Of a stretch of DNA of 28,454 bases, positions 25,441 to 28,454 are shown piece by piece. The stretch's first letter is position 1; the number at the start of each line of letters is the position of its first letter. Origin of the DNA: Macrostomum lignano (taxonomy: Eukaryota); the NCBI GenBank assembly GCA_002269645.1, contig NIVC01005018.1:1-28454 (forward strand). Direction: 5' to 3'. The notes below the pieces were generated by a model that ran no database searches, had not been told where the DNA came from, and was given only the letters and a program-made list of their open reading frames with translations. Position numbers and translations under genes: made by a program.

Positions 25441-25617
25441 TGGTGCTCAATCTGATAGTTGAGATGACCGGTGAACCAATCGTTGAACCAGCCAGGCTCC
25501 GCGTTCAAAGTTGACCGCAACTGCTGGGTGAACCAGTCCCTGCGCTGATCGTGGTCAATGTCCATCGGCAGGTGGCTCATCTGGGTGCAGGCCACAAACC
25601 AGTGTGATTCCAGGTAC
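25441..25617 (-). CDS. FADS: Front-end fatty acid desaturase exon with the third histidine box (QIEHH); absent from the ORF track
   Basis: CTCAG|G TAC CTG... gives (R)[58 protein letters not shown](H); donor CA|GTGAGC. Confidence 0.96.
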
Positions 25618-25860
25618 CTGAGTCGGATGGGGCAATCTGAGCTTAGATTGGCTTATATTAATCCTAAATCTCAAAATGATTGCTGCGATTCGAAAGGCTT
25701 ACTGTGAAATTATACACACTCCAGAATCTGACGCTAGATTAGAGAATATTCGCGCTACTCTACTACTGTCAGCAGCACAAGAGTTTGCAGCAATTTAAAA
25801 AATATATTTTCCTAGAATGTTTACTTCACTGAAAACCTTGAACTTGAAAAGGTTATTAGG

Positions 25861-25932
25861 GGGAGGGCAGCTCAAAGGTAAACGCGTCCAACTCCCATGG
25901 CACGACCCCTGGTTCGATTCTCCAGATCGGGA
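25861..25932 (+). mobile_element. Degenerate tRNA-like (Gly-CCC-like) SINE head or tRNA pseudogene in FADS intron 25618-25965
   Basis: CAGCTCAAAGG (A-box-like, 25868), CTCCCAT (anticodon-loop-like) and GGTTCGATTCTC (B box, 25911) at tRNA spacing; the stems are disrupted. Confidence 0.45.
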
Positions 25933-25965
25933 GGCAAAAGCAGACCACCACAACGCGACGCTCAC

Positions 25966-28454
<2,489 letters not shown>

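Overview
Eukaryotic (metazoan) genomic DNA with GT-AG introns and GC-rich exons. The style (poly-Ala/poly-Gln coding, minisatellite-filled introns) suggests a lophotrochozoan such as the flatworm Macrostomum; this is inference only. Three spliced genes can be built by hand. (1) A pyruvate kinase on + (exons 367-859, 3167-3423, 3990-4181, 5267-5745, 6282-6505), whose first visible exon carries five single-base indels. (2) A Schnurri/HIVEP-family zinc-finger transcription factor on - (exons 16731-14721, 14495-14070, 13996-13134, 12197-11582, 11393-10411; about 1630 codons). (3) The 3' half of a FADS-type front-end fatty acid desaturase on - (exons 26304-25966, 25617-25441, 24261-24081). Roughly 8.4 kb (about 30%) of the window is minisatellite in 11 arrays with different units, and 8 of the 11 visible introns carry their own array. 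Most long ORFs in the supplied track are artefacts of these arrays or antisense shadows of GC-rich exons. Also present are an internally deleted Tc1/IS630-like element with long inverted repeats, two degenerate tRNA-derived (SINE-like) heads and a G-quadruplex-prone array. I see no clearly novel protein-coding system. The most unusual candidate is the intron-resident minisatellite architecture, including arrays whose monomers mimic 3' splice sites.
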